A stretch of DNA of 64,000 bases, from the NCBI RefSeq assembly GCF_009834535.1, contig NC_045697.1:85996001-86060000 (forward strand), written 5' to 3'. The notes beneath the pieces were generated by a model. It saw only the letters and a list, made by a program, of their open reading frames with translations, searched no databases and had not been told where the DNA came from. Below, piece by piece: positions 37,331 to 52,217 of the stretch; position 1 is the first letter of the stretch; every line of letters begins with the position of its first letter. Both the position numbers and the translations under genes were made by a program. Origin of the DNA: Camelus ferus. Taxonomy: Eukaryota.

Positions 37331-39634
37331 TAGCTAGTATGTGATTCCATTTCGTTTTCTTTAATGCCAATCTTGAACCAGCCGGTGAACACATGTCTCA
37401 GTTTGTCCAGGACAGTCCCAGTTTATGCCTGTTATCCCCATGTGATTATTAATAACTCCCTCTTCACTCAATTGGTTTCATAAACCACCAGCTCACGTTT
37501 GGAAAAATCCTGCTCTAGAGAAAGAAGCCTCAAGCAGCAGGTGAAGGGACTGTTTTCACAGGGAGGCAGAGCTGCCTCAGGGCAGAGACGGCAGAAAAGA
37601 AACAGTTCAGCAGGCAGCTGCCTTCTCCCAATTTCTAAACCAAGGTTTGGTACTTCAGAGACCCACCACTTTGGCAGCACACACAGGCAGCTGGGAGTGC
37701 GGTGAGATGTCGCCCCCAAGTGGTTTCTCACGGGGCAAAAGAAGAACCGTTACCTCCATCCAGAGACTCGCTGAGACAATAGAGTAAGCTCCGGAAGGGA
37801 CTCGGGGCCAATAACGTGCAGGCTGGGGCAACAATCTAGTCCCACTGAGTTACTGCTGGTATTGTTTAAACCCAGAGTTAGAAGAAATTCATTACCTTTA
37901 ATTTTCATAAATATCTAACCAAAACATATTAGAAATAAATGATAGTTGCTTCACAAAGATGCTTATTCATAAGAAATTAATCAAAAGCAAAAAAAGAAAA
38001 ACCCTCAAAATTTTGTCTCCTTTAACTTTAAAAATAATTTGCTCAGAGGTACCAATTTTCCAATTGCTATCCTGTGACTGACATTTAAATTTGAAATGAA
38101 ATAGCATTAAACCTTTAAAAAATATTATCTCCTATGAAAAGGGAAAGAGTGAATTACTTTCAATTGCTTTGGCTATTCATTTATTCAACTCCTTCTCCCC
38201 ATTTCCCTGCCTTAGAATATATTTGAAGTGAGTGAAATCAGGCAGAATTTGTAATGATGCTGCAATTCAGGAGGAACATTTGAAAAGAGGACTGACCCAT
38301 ATTGTCCCCAAATACTGTATACCTATCAAGAAAAGAGTAGTTTTCACTACATTTTTTAAAAAGTGATTTCACATTTCTGCTTGACGTTACTAATAACAAA
38401 ATATGTCAATCCTTTTGTCTTCTGAAAATATCTTAAAATTCCTATTGCTGCTACCCTCCCCTCAAAAGTCTTATTTAAGAAAACAAACACATTCTCAAAG
38501 TCAACTGGCAATAGATGGAATTTCCAGGTTGTTTTGATTTGCTGCTGCTGCTTCTGGGCACGGCTTTAGCAGAGCCACAACGTGAGCCCAGCAATGCCCA
38601 GTCACACATTCTTCTCATGCTCTGTGCTAGGCTGTGGGCTTAAGACAAGACAGCTTCTGGCTCTTTTTTTTTTTTTTTTTTTTTTAGCTTTCCAGGCAAG
38701 AGTCCAGAAACAACTTGTTAAAATAGGTGCTTTCAGAAAGATAGAAATGAAAGATCTATAGTCCTGATTGGATGCTTTGAGATATCTTCTATAACCTTGA
38801 GTCCTTTGGCTAGGGCACCAGGCTTGCTTTGAAAATGACGAGCTGGACCTTATTGTCAGTGTTCCAAAGGGATGTGAGAGTGCATGTTCTGTGAGACTCC
38901 ACTGGCATAAGCCTAGATACTAATTAACGTGGATCTGATTCAAATAGTTCAGGGAACCAGCTCTGGTGAAGATCCCTCAGATCGTCTGCCAGGCTGCTTC
39001 ATTCCTTCCGTGTCTCTTCTTGACGCACTTTTGCCACTTGGCTTTCAGGATAGCTCTCTGGCCTGGATCTCTCCCACCTCTCTGACTGCTCCTCCACCAT
39101 CTCTTCCCCTGGCTCTTCCTCATGTCCCAACACTCAGACCGTGGAGTGCAATCGGTTCCATCTTTGGAACCGAATGCATCAGTTCAGTCTCTTTTCCCTC
39201 CCCACACTTGCTCCTAAGCCATCTCACTCTTTCTCACGACACTTACTAAGCAATCTCATTTATCCTCATGGCTTCTAATGCCATCTATATGTTAATGATT
39301 CCCAAATGCGTAACTCTGAACCCTCCCATGGTTCTCAGGCTCACGCCTGTCTAACAGGCATCTCAAGCTTAGTGTGTCCGCAGGTGAGTTCCCATTATTG
39401 CCCCCACTCCCAGCCTGCTCCTAACACTGTCTCCAACCACCACTTCCCAGGTGCTCAGGCCAAAATCCTTGGAGCGTCCCTCCCACCTCTCTTCCTCTCA
39501 CGTTCTGTATTAGCAAATCTGCTTGCCTCCACCTCAAAATGCAGTAAGAATTTGACTCACCCACTACTGCCACATCATACAATTCAAAGAGACTCCCCAT
39601 TTTTTTTTTTTTTATTCTTCTTTATACTTTTAAT

Positions 39635-40734
39635 GTTGTGGTGCTGCCAGCACAGACTCCTGCATTGGACCAGGGGCTGCAGTGGTTGCCCCACAGATAC
39701 TTAACAAGATCTCCAGAATTTGTGCTTGCTGTCCTGTCAACTCTGGGTTCTGTGGGTTTAGAGACCATGGTTCACAAAGGGGAAACAGTTTCCTCAGGGG
39801 ACACAGCAAGAACCCCATAAGCTACAGCTGTCACCTGGGCACTGCAGACTCCTTTAGACCAGCAGACATGAACGGAGCATCAGCCTAGCTGGGATAACGG
39901 ACCCGCATTATCAGGAGGAGGAAACAGCTACTGTTACGCAATGGGCGCCAGGAAGAATGTGTTGACACTTGGTGATTCATTTAGGTACACTCTGTTCTCA
40001 GTTTTGATGGTAAATGGACAAATATACGAGCCTCAGCCTGAGAAGGGCATGGTTACCAGGGGCAAAAGCATGATGCTACGGAGGCCGCAGAGACCAGCAG
40101 AGATGCCACGAGAAAGGGCAAACTAGACTGGACCATGTGGGAGTGAGACCACTGGCAACAGTAGGGGCCATTGTTCACATCCCACCTATCTTTCTCTCGT
40201 AAGTTTCCCTGGGAAGCGTAGCCAGCAAAGTCCTGGAAGGCATGCTTCCAGAACTTTTGTGATGCAGTGACTATGAGCAGCACAAAGGGACTTTAGTGGC
40301 AGCTGTGAGGTGCCACCCAGGTCCCCTTTGGGACCAAAGGATCTGTCCCCTCAGCAGCTGGGAGGGAAATCAGCAGAGGGAACACTCTGTGGGAACTGCC
40401 TCAGCACAGAAGAGTTGCCTTGTCCAAGATCATGCCCCTGAGAAAGCCCACATTCAATGACTGGTTAATGTAGCATGGGTTTGCCTGCCCCTTATCCCCA
40501 TCCCAACTTGGGGCGACTCTGGAGTGCGGCCAGCCCAGCTTCAGAGCTCCCTGTGAGGTTGGCTGAGTCCTTTGTTCAGAATGCATTACAGCCTGACTTT
40601 CCTCTCTGCCCATTCATGCCTCCTTCCTTTCAATTCCCTTCCTCAGGTATCGACCCCAAGGGCTCTCCTTAATAAACTTCTTGCACACTAATCTCCACCT
40701 CAGATTCTTCTTCCAGGGGGACCCAACCTACCAC
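39635..40734 (+). mobile_element. Ancient ERVL-type internal fragment followed by an LTR16-like LTR (~40294-40734)
   Basis: Degenerate ERVL 3' internal-like sequence, a purine tract, then an LTR with AATAAA (~40671) ending gggacccaaccta. Confidence 0.6.
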
Positions 40735-43700
40735 GCCTTGAAACCAAGGAATCTTGACTGCTGTATGAAACCTCATAATTGTACCTAGAAAACCAGTTGA
40801 TTTGACAACATACTACACGTCTGGACACTGAGCTTATTTATGGGTTTTCCCTAAAATTCTTAGTGGAAGAGGAAGAGTACCACAAAATTAGACTCTCCAT
40901 GTCCTTATTTATTAAAAAATAAAATGTAAGAAAGGATTTTGCTGAAAATAATCAAAGGCTATGGTCCTCAGCTGCATTTGCTCTTGTATGACTAATATAT
41001 TAAAGATACAATAGATACACTATGTCGAGGACCACCTGTCATTGTTTGTGGGTAGCTAAAATTGCCGGATAAGATTTCACTGGTATGTCACACAGCCATT
41101 GCTAGGTTATGTTGCTGTAATAAACAACCTCAGAATCTCAGTGGCTAGCAAAAAGATCTGTTTCTCATATTGGTACACTGTGGCTCTGTCTCAACATGCT
41201 TTCTGTCTCTAGGATCCAGATTAAAGGAGATGCCCCAAACTGGGGCATGCTGTTCTCTGGTAGAGGAAAAGAGGAACAAAAAAACCACAGGGTGGCTCTC
41301 ACAGCATCTTCTTGAACGAGGCACATGTCACTCTCGCTCACAGCTCATTGGCTATGGTAAGTTACGAGGCCAAGCCTGAAAATACAACTCCTTCCCCAGG
41401 AGGGGATTCTGTAGGAATAAATTCACTAAAGAGGGGCAGGCAGTATTTTGAAGACATGATACCATCTTCCAGAAATGGTAACATGAGGGTCCAGAATCCT
41501 ACATCTTTAATCAACGTTTAGCCTCCCTGAGTTAATCCTATACAGAAATCACATGAAGGTAAGTTCCTGTGTCAATCAAATTGACCAAACAGTCAGCAGC
41601 ATTTTCCTGCAGTCAGTCATTTACTAATTTGACCATCTCAACTTTAATAAACGATCTGGAGGTGGGGAACGAGGGCAGTCAAAGAGAGCTCTAAATAAAA
41701 CAGTGAAATAGCAATGCACTTCTAAATTCACCCAAACGTGTTTATAGTCACCAGCAGCGTTTCCACTCTGAGTCTGGCAAAAATTCAGGAAGGATGTCTG
41801 AAAATAAAGGCTGAGACTTTAAGTAAGACCATATGAACTAACATTCCCCCTGCTTCTTAGATTTACTACTCTTACTCATTATCATCATTATTGTTAATAT
41901 TATTATAAATTTCATGACTAGTATCATTTTTATGAGTTATGCTTTTCTCCTTCACTGATTTGTGATGATCTTGTCCGTATTTATAGGAATCATTTTAAAC
42001 TGTTCCTGAAAAAGATGTGGGGCTATTATATCTAGTGAACAAAATCTGTCACTGTGAACAGTCTTAAAACGAGAGAGTGAAAGAAAGAAGATAAACCCAA
42101 GTTATCTAATCAGAAGGGTTGAACTTAGGGAAGAGTCTGGGAGTGATCATGGGAGCAAGAGTAAGTGGTGACCCCAGGAATGGAGGAAAGAGCATTGCTG
42201 AAAGCGAAAACCTGAGCCCTGTTTCGGCCAGACCACTTTTGTTGGAAAACTAACCAAAATATTAACCAAAATAAATAGGAAGGGCCAACAGGCAGAATGA
42301 AAGACGACCTAAGCAGCATATAGGGGTCACGCACAGAGAAGCTAAGCACAAAAAAATCCTGAAGGAGAAACAGATTGACAAGCTCTCCACACTGAAGGAA
42401 GCTGCACATCCAGTCCCTTCCTGCCCTCCCAGAAATCACAGCCAGGCTCCCAAACTGACCGGTAGTTAAGCATGCCACATTCCCCAGCCATGGTCACCTT
42501 ACATAATGCTATTTTTGACATTAAAAACACTGATATGCATTAGGGAATGGAAAGCAAAATCCACACAACTTGTGAAATGAAATCTGAGACCTCAAAGAAG
42601 CATTGCTCTCCCCACGGGGCCAGTCCAGGCTAGCCCATGTTCTTGAGGGACACACTCTCTCTCCTCTGCTGTTGGGAGCAAACTGGAGAAGCACTAGCCC
42701 AGGAAATGTTAATCCAAGCATTCATGGAAAGCATTAGAACTAGTAACAAGAACTGTAAATCTAAGAATGGTTGTGCTTAAGAGTAAGTGTAAATGGAGTT
42801 ACTACATTTAGAACATCTTCAAAACAATGCAGTATTTCTGATATACCCCACTCTGCTATCACTGAAATAGCTAAAATGTGCTTTTATAAAAGAAGTTTGG
42901 CTTTGATTTTGATAAGCAATTTCACCTCAGTGAAATCACAAGCAACATGTTGGAGGTGGCTCTCCCCACAGTCACAGTGAGTCTGTTTTCTGGAGAGTTC
43001 TTTGCAATCCCAAATTCCCACCTGGTGACCACAAGGATTTAAGGGCAGTCAGGGTGGCACTGTGTTCCCCAAAACACACTGAGGGGTGTGGAATCCTCTG
43101 GTCACAATGGTGGACCCCAGGACTCAAGGCTAAGGGGAGATCGGGGTGCCCTGGGCTGTGGGTGCAGTGTGGGAAGGAAAGGAGGTGTGGGTGATGACAC
43201 AGGCATAAGAAGAGCACCCTCCTTGGGGTTGATGTCAGTCGGGACTGAGTAACTGCCCATCAGCACAGAGCCTGCCACATGGTAAATACTTAACATTAGC
43301 AGACGCCTTTATGGTCATCACTCCGAGATGAAAACATGGTGGGCACCCATGGAAATAATCAAAAGACTCCCCCAAGCCCCACTTTTGGAGGGAACTGCAG
43401 TTTTTGAGGGCAGATCTAAGAGGTAAGATGAAATACGAAAGGCAGACTCCCTCTCCCAGCACAGAAGTTTCACAGAAGAAAATTGAGAGTGAGACTGTGA
43501 ATTTAATTGAATCTAATCTAACGAATGTGGAGAGAAGTGTTCACCTGAGGTCTGAGCTCACATCTTGTTATACATCATAAACTCCTGCGGGAGAAAGGAC
43601 CCAGCTACGATTATACATATGGGAAAGGTTTCTATGATAATTCAGACACTTTACATAGAATAAAACCTCTAGGTATAATGAATGTGGAGGCACTTCGGTC

Positions 43701-45684
43701 CCTGCTCCTCTTATCCTTCATCACAGAACACACACTGGAGAAGGCAGACGCGCAGTGACCCTCGGAGCATCTCCTGTGCCTGGCTGGGCAGAAGCCTCAC
43801 GAGCATAATGAGTTTATCACCTTCAGACCCTCCTGAACATCAGAGAGCTCCCACCGGAAATATTTAGAGTCTAACCTTGCATCTCTCTCCTCCTCGACGA
43901 CTCAGATGCTCATTAGCTCTGTGCCCACGTGCTGTTAGCTTTTCATTATGTCCAAGTTAGGTCAAAGAGTCTGCTGGCATTGATCACGTCCTTTTAACTT
44001 GTAATGATTCATCTGGGCCAACAGAACATAGTTAGAACTATTCAAAAGATCTCTCTTTGCATTTTGAAGTTCTAGGCAGGAAGCTGGAGGACTCCAGGGC
44101 ACAAGATGTGTTTTTATCTTTCCTTCCCAGAAAAGGCTGTGACTTTGCAAGATAAAGGAGGATGTGAGAAGTGACCAGACAGCATTCTTTACGGGTAGGG
44201 ATGAATTTAGATTTTAGGAACAGTGGATTCTTGCAGAGGCTGCAGTGTTTTCGCATGGGCTGGAAGGAAGACATCTGGCAGAAGAGTGCAGGTCTGAAAT
44301 TTGCAGGGAAGGGAAAATGCCCAGATAAAACTGTGCTTGTACAGAGAATACCAGGTATGACATGAAAAGAACAGTGACATCAGAGCAGACTAATGAGTCT
44401 TGCCAGAGAACAAGGAATTGGATTGGGAACAGTATTATGACCTCACATGTTTACGTACAAATTAACAAAGCCTAGATTATGAATCAAGTTCACTTGAAAT
44501 TTTAGCCAAAGGAAGTGAATGCTGTGTCAGACAGAAGACATGGCGAAATGGGACAGACAGCTAGAACTCGGTGATGAAAGAGTAAATCTCGTCTCAGAGG
44601 AACACTAGCTCACATCGATGGAACACCTGCTACATGTCACGTATGGTCATGTATCTGCAAGGTGTTTTACAAGGATTATCTCTATTTTTCAGATGGTAGA
44701 CTGAGACATAGGGAAGTAATGGAACCAGGATTTGAATGCAACAGTCTGGCATCAGTGTCCAAGCTTTTAAATACTGTTTCTCTAACAGATTAGAGCTCTT
44801 CAATGTGGGCTGAGAGAAATCCATCGACTGCAGAGTGGAACTGTGGGATCACTTCAGTTGGAAGTAAGATGCAGGAGAGACAAAAGTGAAGTTCTTTTAA
44901 GACTGGCATCCCGGGGGCCAGACATCAGATATAATATTGCAGTTTAATTCAGAGGAAAAACTGGCACAGAGACAACTGTAGTAGTGATTGGCAATTTTAG
45001 CTGTCAAGAAAGCTGTTGTCCAAATGCCCTCCCTTCCTCCACTTGGGTTCTGAGAAGCCATGGTTGGCAGAGATGGTTTCACACCAAGACTGCAAGGGAC
45101 ATAGAGGAATCACAGAAAAAGGGTGGAAACTTTGAGTTTGGAGGCAGGCAAATGATCCTGTTTTCAAAAAGCTAGCAGAGTGGATAGAGGTGAGGAGTCT
45201 GCAAATTATGAAGACAGGTTTAATGTCGATCCACTTTAAAATTCTGTATTTAAAAATATAGTTGGTGAGCATTTAGAAATGAAGCCATCTGAAAACCACT
45301 GAATCATACTTCTTATTTTGCAGGGGTGAAGATAACATCCTAGATGTAGGTCCATGGTTTCCAGCTCCTTCAACTCCAGCTGTTCCTGCTTAGAATCTAC
45401 TGAGCCTGCCAGGTTAGAAAGGGTCCCAGCCACCTCACCATGCCTGGTATGCTGGCCATGGGGAATCTGGAATCAGTCCTTCTGTCACAGACCAGACACC
45501 CACTAAGCCTGAAACAAAATTCTGATTGACTGCCCAATGCTGCTGATCACTCTGCGGACCTAGCTCCTACGACGAGGCATCTAGCTCAGTTGCTTTGCTG
45601 TCTGATTCTACTGTGTACTGGAGGGTTGCCCTTTGCTCTAACCCACTGGTCCCTTTAGTTCCCGCCACTAACCCATTGTAAATG

Positions 45685-46331
45685 TGAGACAGGAAGGAAG
45701 GGGCAGGGCACAACCATTCAAGGAATGACACAGCAGTGAAAACCAAGGTGGGAGAAAAGTCAACTCCCAACAGACCAGGAGGCCCAAGATGGCAGGAGAT
45801 TTGACTTCCGGTAGACCTTGAACTTCATTACATCTCACTGTAATATATTAGCATGGTGATTTGCACTCCCATAGGCACCATGACAGTTCTGAGGTTGGAC
45901 CACAAAAGGTCAAAAAGTGGGTGGTAGCCCAATTCCTGGGAATCCCTGCCCCTTCCCCAAAGTATTTGGAATAACCCTCCCACTTGTTAGCATATGAATC
46001 TACCGAGCTCATAAAACCTAAGAGCTCTCACACCTCATGGCCACTCTCCCTTCTGAGTGAGACGGCTGCACTGTCTGTAGAGTATGTAACTATTTTTACT
46101 TTAAACTAAACACCTGTCCCGCACCTCGTGGCCTTTCTCTTGCCTTCTGAGACAGCCTGCCCTCTATGGAGTATGTATCTCTCTGAATAAATCTACTTTT
46201 ACTCAACCGTAGCTCACTCTTGAATTCTTTCCTGTGCAAATCCAAGGACCCTCACTTGCCAGGGTGCAGCCCAGGGACCTATCTGAGACCCAGGACAAGA
46301 CCATCCTCTCGCCCCACATTTTTCTGTATCA
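45685..46331 (+). mobile_element. ERV1-type solo LTR
   Basis: TGAGAC...TGTATCA termini, perfect TSD AATG (45681-45684 and 46332-46335), AATAAA; same family as 57837-58444. Confidence 0.9.
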
Positions 46332-49179
46332 AATGGACTGACTGTCAGGTGCACAATGTTACCTATTGCACATCTATGTGTTTCTCTGTAAGAGATAGGA
46401 AAAGGTAGAATTCCTGCTTCTGTGCAGTTTAAATGTTAGTAGATACTCTGCCAAATTGTCCTCCCATCTATCTGTTCAGATTCACACTCCTTCCAGAGTG
46501 TGTGAGAGGACTCGCTTACCCACACCCATGCCAACAGCACCACTCTAAGTGGAATATTATCAAATTGGATGGCTTCCAGAGGAGAGCAAACAGAAATGGT
46601 AGAGTATGGCATCTTCGAAAAGAAACTTCATATGTTTATCCCAGGAAAGAGACATTTTAAAGAGTTCTCACATGAAAGAATCCAAATGATCCTTTGTCAT
46701 CTCTCATGCAGGTAAAGTTCGGCTTTCCCACATGTATCTACAAGGCAATCGAGTCCGTTCACAGCTGGTTCGAAATTCCACAGCATTACTTGTTCCTAAA
46801 GATGCTAATGACTTAAATTATTTATATAACTCCCACTGGGCAAATTATCAACTGAACAACTTATCTTTTTAGGGTATCATGTTTACTAAGGAGCTGACTC
46901 CACCTTATATGGTAATTATAACAATGTAATTAATTTTTTACTTCTCATTTTTTGCTTGTACCCCAATATTAATATGACATGTATTACATAAAAACTACCT
47001 AATAGCCAATTAACTTATGAAAAGATGTTCAATTTCACCAATAGTTTTAAAACTAAAAGTAAAGAGATTTTTTTTAATCTATTAGATTGGAAAAGGTATA
47101 AAAGACTAACAAAAGCTTTTTGCAAAGGTGTAAGGAAATGAACACTTTGATGTTCTGTTGGGTAGAGTATAAATGGTTGTAACTTATTAGAAATAAATCT
47201 AACAATGACAGAAATACAAAATGTGCACATGCTTTAATGTAACAATTCTATTTCTAGGAATTCAGCTTAAGAAAATATGTATATGTACAATGACTGAGCT
47301 AATAAAGACTTCCAAAGTTACTCTTAAACTAATAAATAATTGAAAATAATCTAAATACCCATCTAGGCAGGGCTTGTTATATAAATGATGGTACTAGATA
47401 TAAGGGGATACATATAGCCATTAAAATCCTGAAGTAGATCTGTGTGCTGTATTATTTTCTATTGGACCCTCCAGATCTATATTTTCCCTTTGTCCACCCT
47501 GCTCTGAGCCCCAGAAGGAGCATCAGTGGGCTCCCTTGTCTCTGGCTGCTGGCTAGGTTTGGCTACTGGGAGGAACTGTTAGGAAATGGTTAGGAAGATT
47601 GTGCAATCTGAGTATTTTAGCCCTCTGTTTCCTCCCTGCTGAGTCACACTGGGTTGGGTGGGTCCCTCTTCCAAAGACCTTGGCCTCTGTCAAGAGGCTG
47701 TCTCCTGCCACTACTCTCCTAGGTCCTGGGAACCACACTTCCCTTTACGGTTTAGACTGAGGGGTGGTATAAGCTCCGGCTCCCCACTGTCCCTAAGCCT
47801 GGGGGCTTCATCAGCCTTCACTGGCTCCTCTCAACCCTACCACAGTCCCGTAATACAGGTTTAATTTCTGCCCTCCACTACTGACAGTTCAAAGACAAAG
47901 GAGTAAAGAAATGCAGAGAATTTCATCCTAACTAGTCCAAGCTTGTACATCAAAACATATGTCGCTGCTTATGGGACACAACAAAATGTAGATGCATGCA
48001 GAACTTAAAATGCACAAAAATTTGCACCTTTTTAGACTAGCTATTGGGCCTTGTTTTAGAGTGCCTTTTAAAAAGAAATGTATCAAGCTGAGAGTTGAAG
48101 GAGAAAAAGTAATCTGTTACAACACACTATTGTAATCCAATGGTAACATGTCCTGAAGTGTTGGGGTGATAATAAGGCCCCACAGACAACCATGAATTCA
48201 AATAAAGCAGTAAGAATCCCACTGAGGGGAGAAGGGCCAAGTATCTAAACAGTCACATGATTACCTTCTCCAACATATTTTTTGAATAAAAATATAAAAA
48301 TAAAAATATATAAGATGATCAGTCTTCATTTTAAAACTCCAGGAAGATCTTAAAATAGCAAGAATAGCTTTTTTCTCAGTATCAAGATACATTTCATATA
48401 TGTTATGTTTCAAAGATGTTTTTCTAAATATATAAGATCTTACCAAGGCTAGCTTTTAAACATTAGTAATTCAGATTGTAGCTGAGATAGGAAGACTCTC
48501 TGAGGAGCAGTAGATTTTATCTTCGTTGGTAATGTGGCTTTCCTCCAGCTACAAGGCAGACGTTACCTTCTCATCTGTTCTATAAAACTCAAACCGAGAC
48601 TCATGAGTGGGTCCTGAAATCAATTTAGTGGGTGGACTGGGAGGGGGGCAAACAGTATTTTTTAATGACACAAAATAAACTAGAATATAATTAGATTAAA
48701 ACAGAAAATACCAGAGTGTATTTCACATCCATAAACTATACAGTGAAATGTGTTTATTTTCACATACCTGTCTGTGTACTGGGTCACAAGGCAAAATGCA
48801 TTTCTTACTATGAATCTTGGTCAAAACTGAAAGTCTGTATTGGTCTATGGTCTATGATAACTTACTGCTTTCAGCCAAGTCTATATAGTAAGGCTACTAA
48901 AAGCAGGAGAGAGAAGTAAAGGTGACGATCAAAGCAGGATAAATTTATAGTGAGTGTGTTAGAATAAAGAACATATTAGTGTTATTATCCTAAAAGGGAT
49001 CTTCAGAAGGATAAAAGCCATGCTACTTAGCCGCCATTGCTATAAGGGCACCACCTGTAACTTTTGAAGCAGAGTGAGAATATGTTGATGAATTAGCTGT
49101 ATTGGACAATTAGTAACTTAGCTTTACTGATATTTCTCCAAGACAGACTAGCCATTAAATTATATTTAAGAAATATCCA

Positions 49180-49368
49180 AGAATAGATAAACAAGATTTT
49201 ACTGTAAAGCACAGGGAAATATACACAGATCTTATGGTAACTCACAGAGCAAAAAATGTGACAATGAATATATATATATGTTCATGTATGACTGAAAAAT
49301 TGTGCTCTACACTTGAATTTGACACAACATTGTAAAATGATTATAAATCAATAAAAAATGTTAAAAAA
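49180..49368 (+). mobile_element. Short 5'-truncated young L1
   Basis: A-tail and perfect 12-bp TSD aagaaatatcca (49168-49179 and 49369-49380). Confidence 0.85.
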
Positions 49369-49499
49369 AAGAAATATCCAGTGTGATTATAAATAACATG
49401 ATTCAAATTAAAAAGTAATGTGAATAAAAATTGTTAAAAACATACTGTTGTATGAAAAAGGCAAATAAGAAAAACAATATACAGAGTAGGTATCACTTT

Positions 49500-49944
49500 G
49501 TGGTTTTCCAAAAATAATATACAAATAGTTAACAGGTTTATGAAAATGTGTTCAACATCATTAATTATCAGGGAAATGCAAATCGAAGCCACAAGACATC
49601 ACTTCACACCTGTTAGAATGGCTATTATTAAAAAACAAAAGATAGGAGTTGGCAAGAATGTGGAGGAAAGGGAACATTTGTACTCTGTTGGTGGGAATGT
49701 AAATTGGTGCAGCCACTAAGGAAAACAGTATGATGAGTCTTCAAATAATTAAAAAATAGAACTACCATATGATCCAGCAATATCACTTCTGGTTATTTAT
49801 TCAAAGAAATGAAAACAGGATCTCAAAGAGATAACTGCACCCCTATGTTCACTGCAGTATTATTTACAATATCCAAGATAGGGAAGCAACCTAAGTGCCC
49901 ATCAATAGATGGATGGATAAAGATGTGGTATGTGTGTGTGTGTG

Positions 49945-50021
<77 letters not shown>

Positions 50022-51140
50022 GTATATATATGTATATATATGTGTGTGTGTATATGTATACATATGTGTGTATATAGTATATATATACATACATATGGGT
50101 GTGGGTATATATATATTACTCAGCCATAAAAAAGAATGAAATCTTGCCATTCATGACAAATTGGATGGACCTAGAGGGTACTATGCTAAGTGAAAAAAAT
50201 CAGAGAAAAACAAACATGATTTCACTTATATGTAGAATCTAAAAAAATGAAACAAATGAACATGAAACATAAACAGAGTTATAGATACAGAAAACAAAAA
50301 CATATTTGCCAGAGGTGAAGAGGGTTGAGGGGCAGTAAACAGATGAGGGAGATTAAGAGGTACAAATTTTCCATTGCAAAATAAGTCAATCATGGGTACG
50401 AAATGTCCAGTGTATGGAATATAATTAGTAACTATGCAATATCTTGGTATGGTGACATATTGTAACTAGATTTATTGTGGTGATCAGTTTGAAATGTATA
50501 GAAATGTTGAATCATTATGCTGTGTAACAAGAACTAATATAGTATTGTAAGTCAATAATACTTCAAAAACAAACAAACTCATAGAAAAAGAGATCAGATT
50601 TGTGGTTACCAGAGGCAGGGGTTGGGGCAGGGAGAGGAAATTGGATGAAGGCAGTCAAATGTACAAACATCCAATTATAAGATAAATAAGTACCAAGGAT
50701 ACAATATACATGATAAATATAATTAATATTATATTATATATAGTATATATATAATTAACAATGTTTTGTGAACATCCATTATCTCATATAGGAAAAAAAT
50801 TTTCTTGTGATAACTCTTAGGATTTTTTCTTTTAACAATTTCCATATATAACATACAATGGAATATTATTCAGCCATAAAAAGGGAAAATTTGTCATTTG
50901 TGACAACAAAGGTGGACCTGGAGGACATATGCTAAGTGAAATAAGCCAGACACAGAAAGAATGGTGGTTGCCAGGGGCTAAGAGGAGGGAGAAATGGAGA
51001 GATAATGGTCAAAGGGTAGTAAGTTTTAGTTATAAAAGATGAATAATTTTGGAGACCTATACAGCACAGTGCCTACAGCTAATGATATTGTACTGCATAT
51101 TTAAAATTTTCTGAGAGAGTAGATCTTATATTTAAAATAT
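49500..51140 (+). mobile_element. L1 ORF2 C-terminus and 3' UTR cluster, with a (TG)n/(TA)n expansion at ~49931-50115
   Basis: [12 protein letters not shown]...[12 protein letters not shown] and CTPMFTAVLFTI...KQPKCPS are L1 ORF2 C-terminal motifs. Confidence 0.9.
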
Positions 51141-52019
51141 ATATATATATACATAAATGTTATTATGTACATGGAAAAATATGAGGCAAATATAGTAATC
51201 CATTAAGGAGTAGAGGATTATGGAATATCTTAATGGAATGTTTAAGTATTTGTACTGAGTATACATTACTTTTATACTCAGAAAAAGAAATAAAGATATA
51301 TTTTAAATATCTTACAAAAGTCACACAGAAGGGCCTCTATCACAGGAGTTTCAGAGACCCAGGATTTCCAGGCAAATGGATCAGGTAAGTCCTGCCTGAG
51401 AGCTTCACAGCCAGGATAGGCTGGGCCTCATCCCACGTGTCAGAGATCAGGATATTAAGAACAAATATATTTCACAATGTGGCTTTCCTAAATTTTAATA
51501 AATTTAGTTTTCAGTTATAAAAGCAGTAAAGCAACTTTTTTAAAGTTTAGAAAATAGATTGGGAATCTCATATTCCACTATTACAACTATTTCTCATTTT
51601 TACATATTCCCTTGCAGCATTTTTATATGTATATTTTACATTGTTAGCATGATGGTAAATACAAAATTTTATGGTCAGACTTTTTCTTTGCATGATATTA
51701 CAACATTGTTCTTGTTTCTACGTAGACTTCCCATGTCTCATTTTTATCTTTTTTTTTCATAAAAAGGTCAATTTACTTACCTTTTGTTTGGCCATGTCTC
51801 ATTTTTAAATGACTAAATATTATTGCATTTAGTAAACATTATGATTTATTTGTGCTACCAAGGCATTTTAGAGACTGAGCATAAAGACTTGCTTCCTACA
51901 GCATTTTGTTTGGCCAGCAGAGTCATTTTAGATTTGTGAACAAGCACATCTAAAAACAGAGCAGGTACCATGCAGTCAGTCATAGGTCCTCACCTCTCAC
52001 CTCATGTGCATGGGTGTGC

Positions 52020-52217
52020 TTGTGTGTGTGTGCACACAGACACACACACACATCCCTACAGACACACATAACTACAAACACACAATCCCAGAAATACACA
52101 CAACTATAGTACAATACAATACACAAACACACACAACCACACACACTTACACATATATATACAAATACATATATACATACATAACCATGCACACACATAC
52201 ACACAGAAGCACACACA
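52020..52217. repeat. Degenerate CA-rich simple repeat
   Basis: Directly visible. Confidence 0.85.

Noticed and set aside
49809..50150. Cys/Val- and His/Thr-repeat ORFs (also 51980-52237 and 63294-63539)
   Set aside because: Translations of dinucleotide microsatellites.
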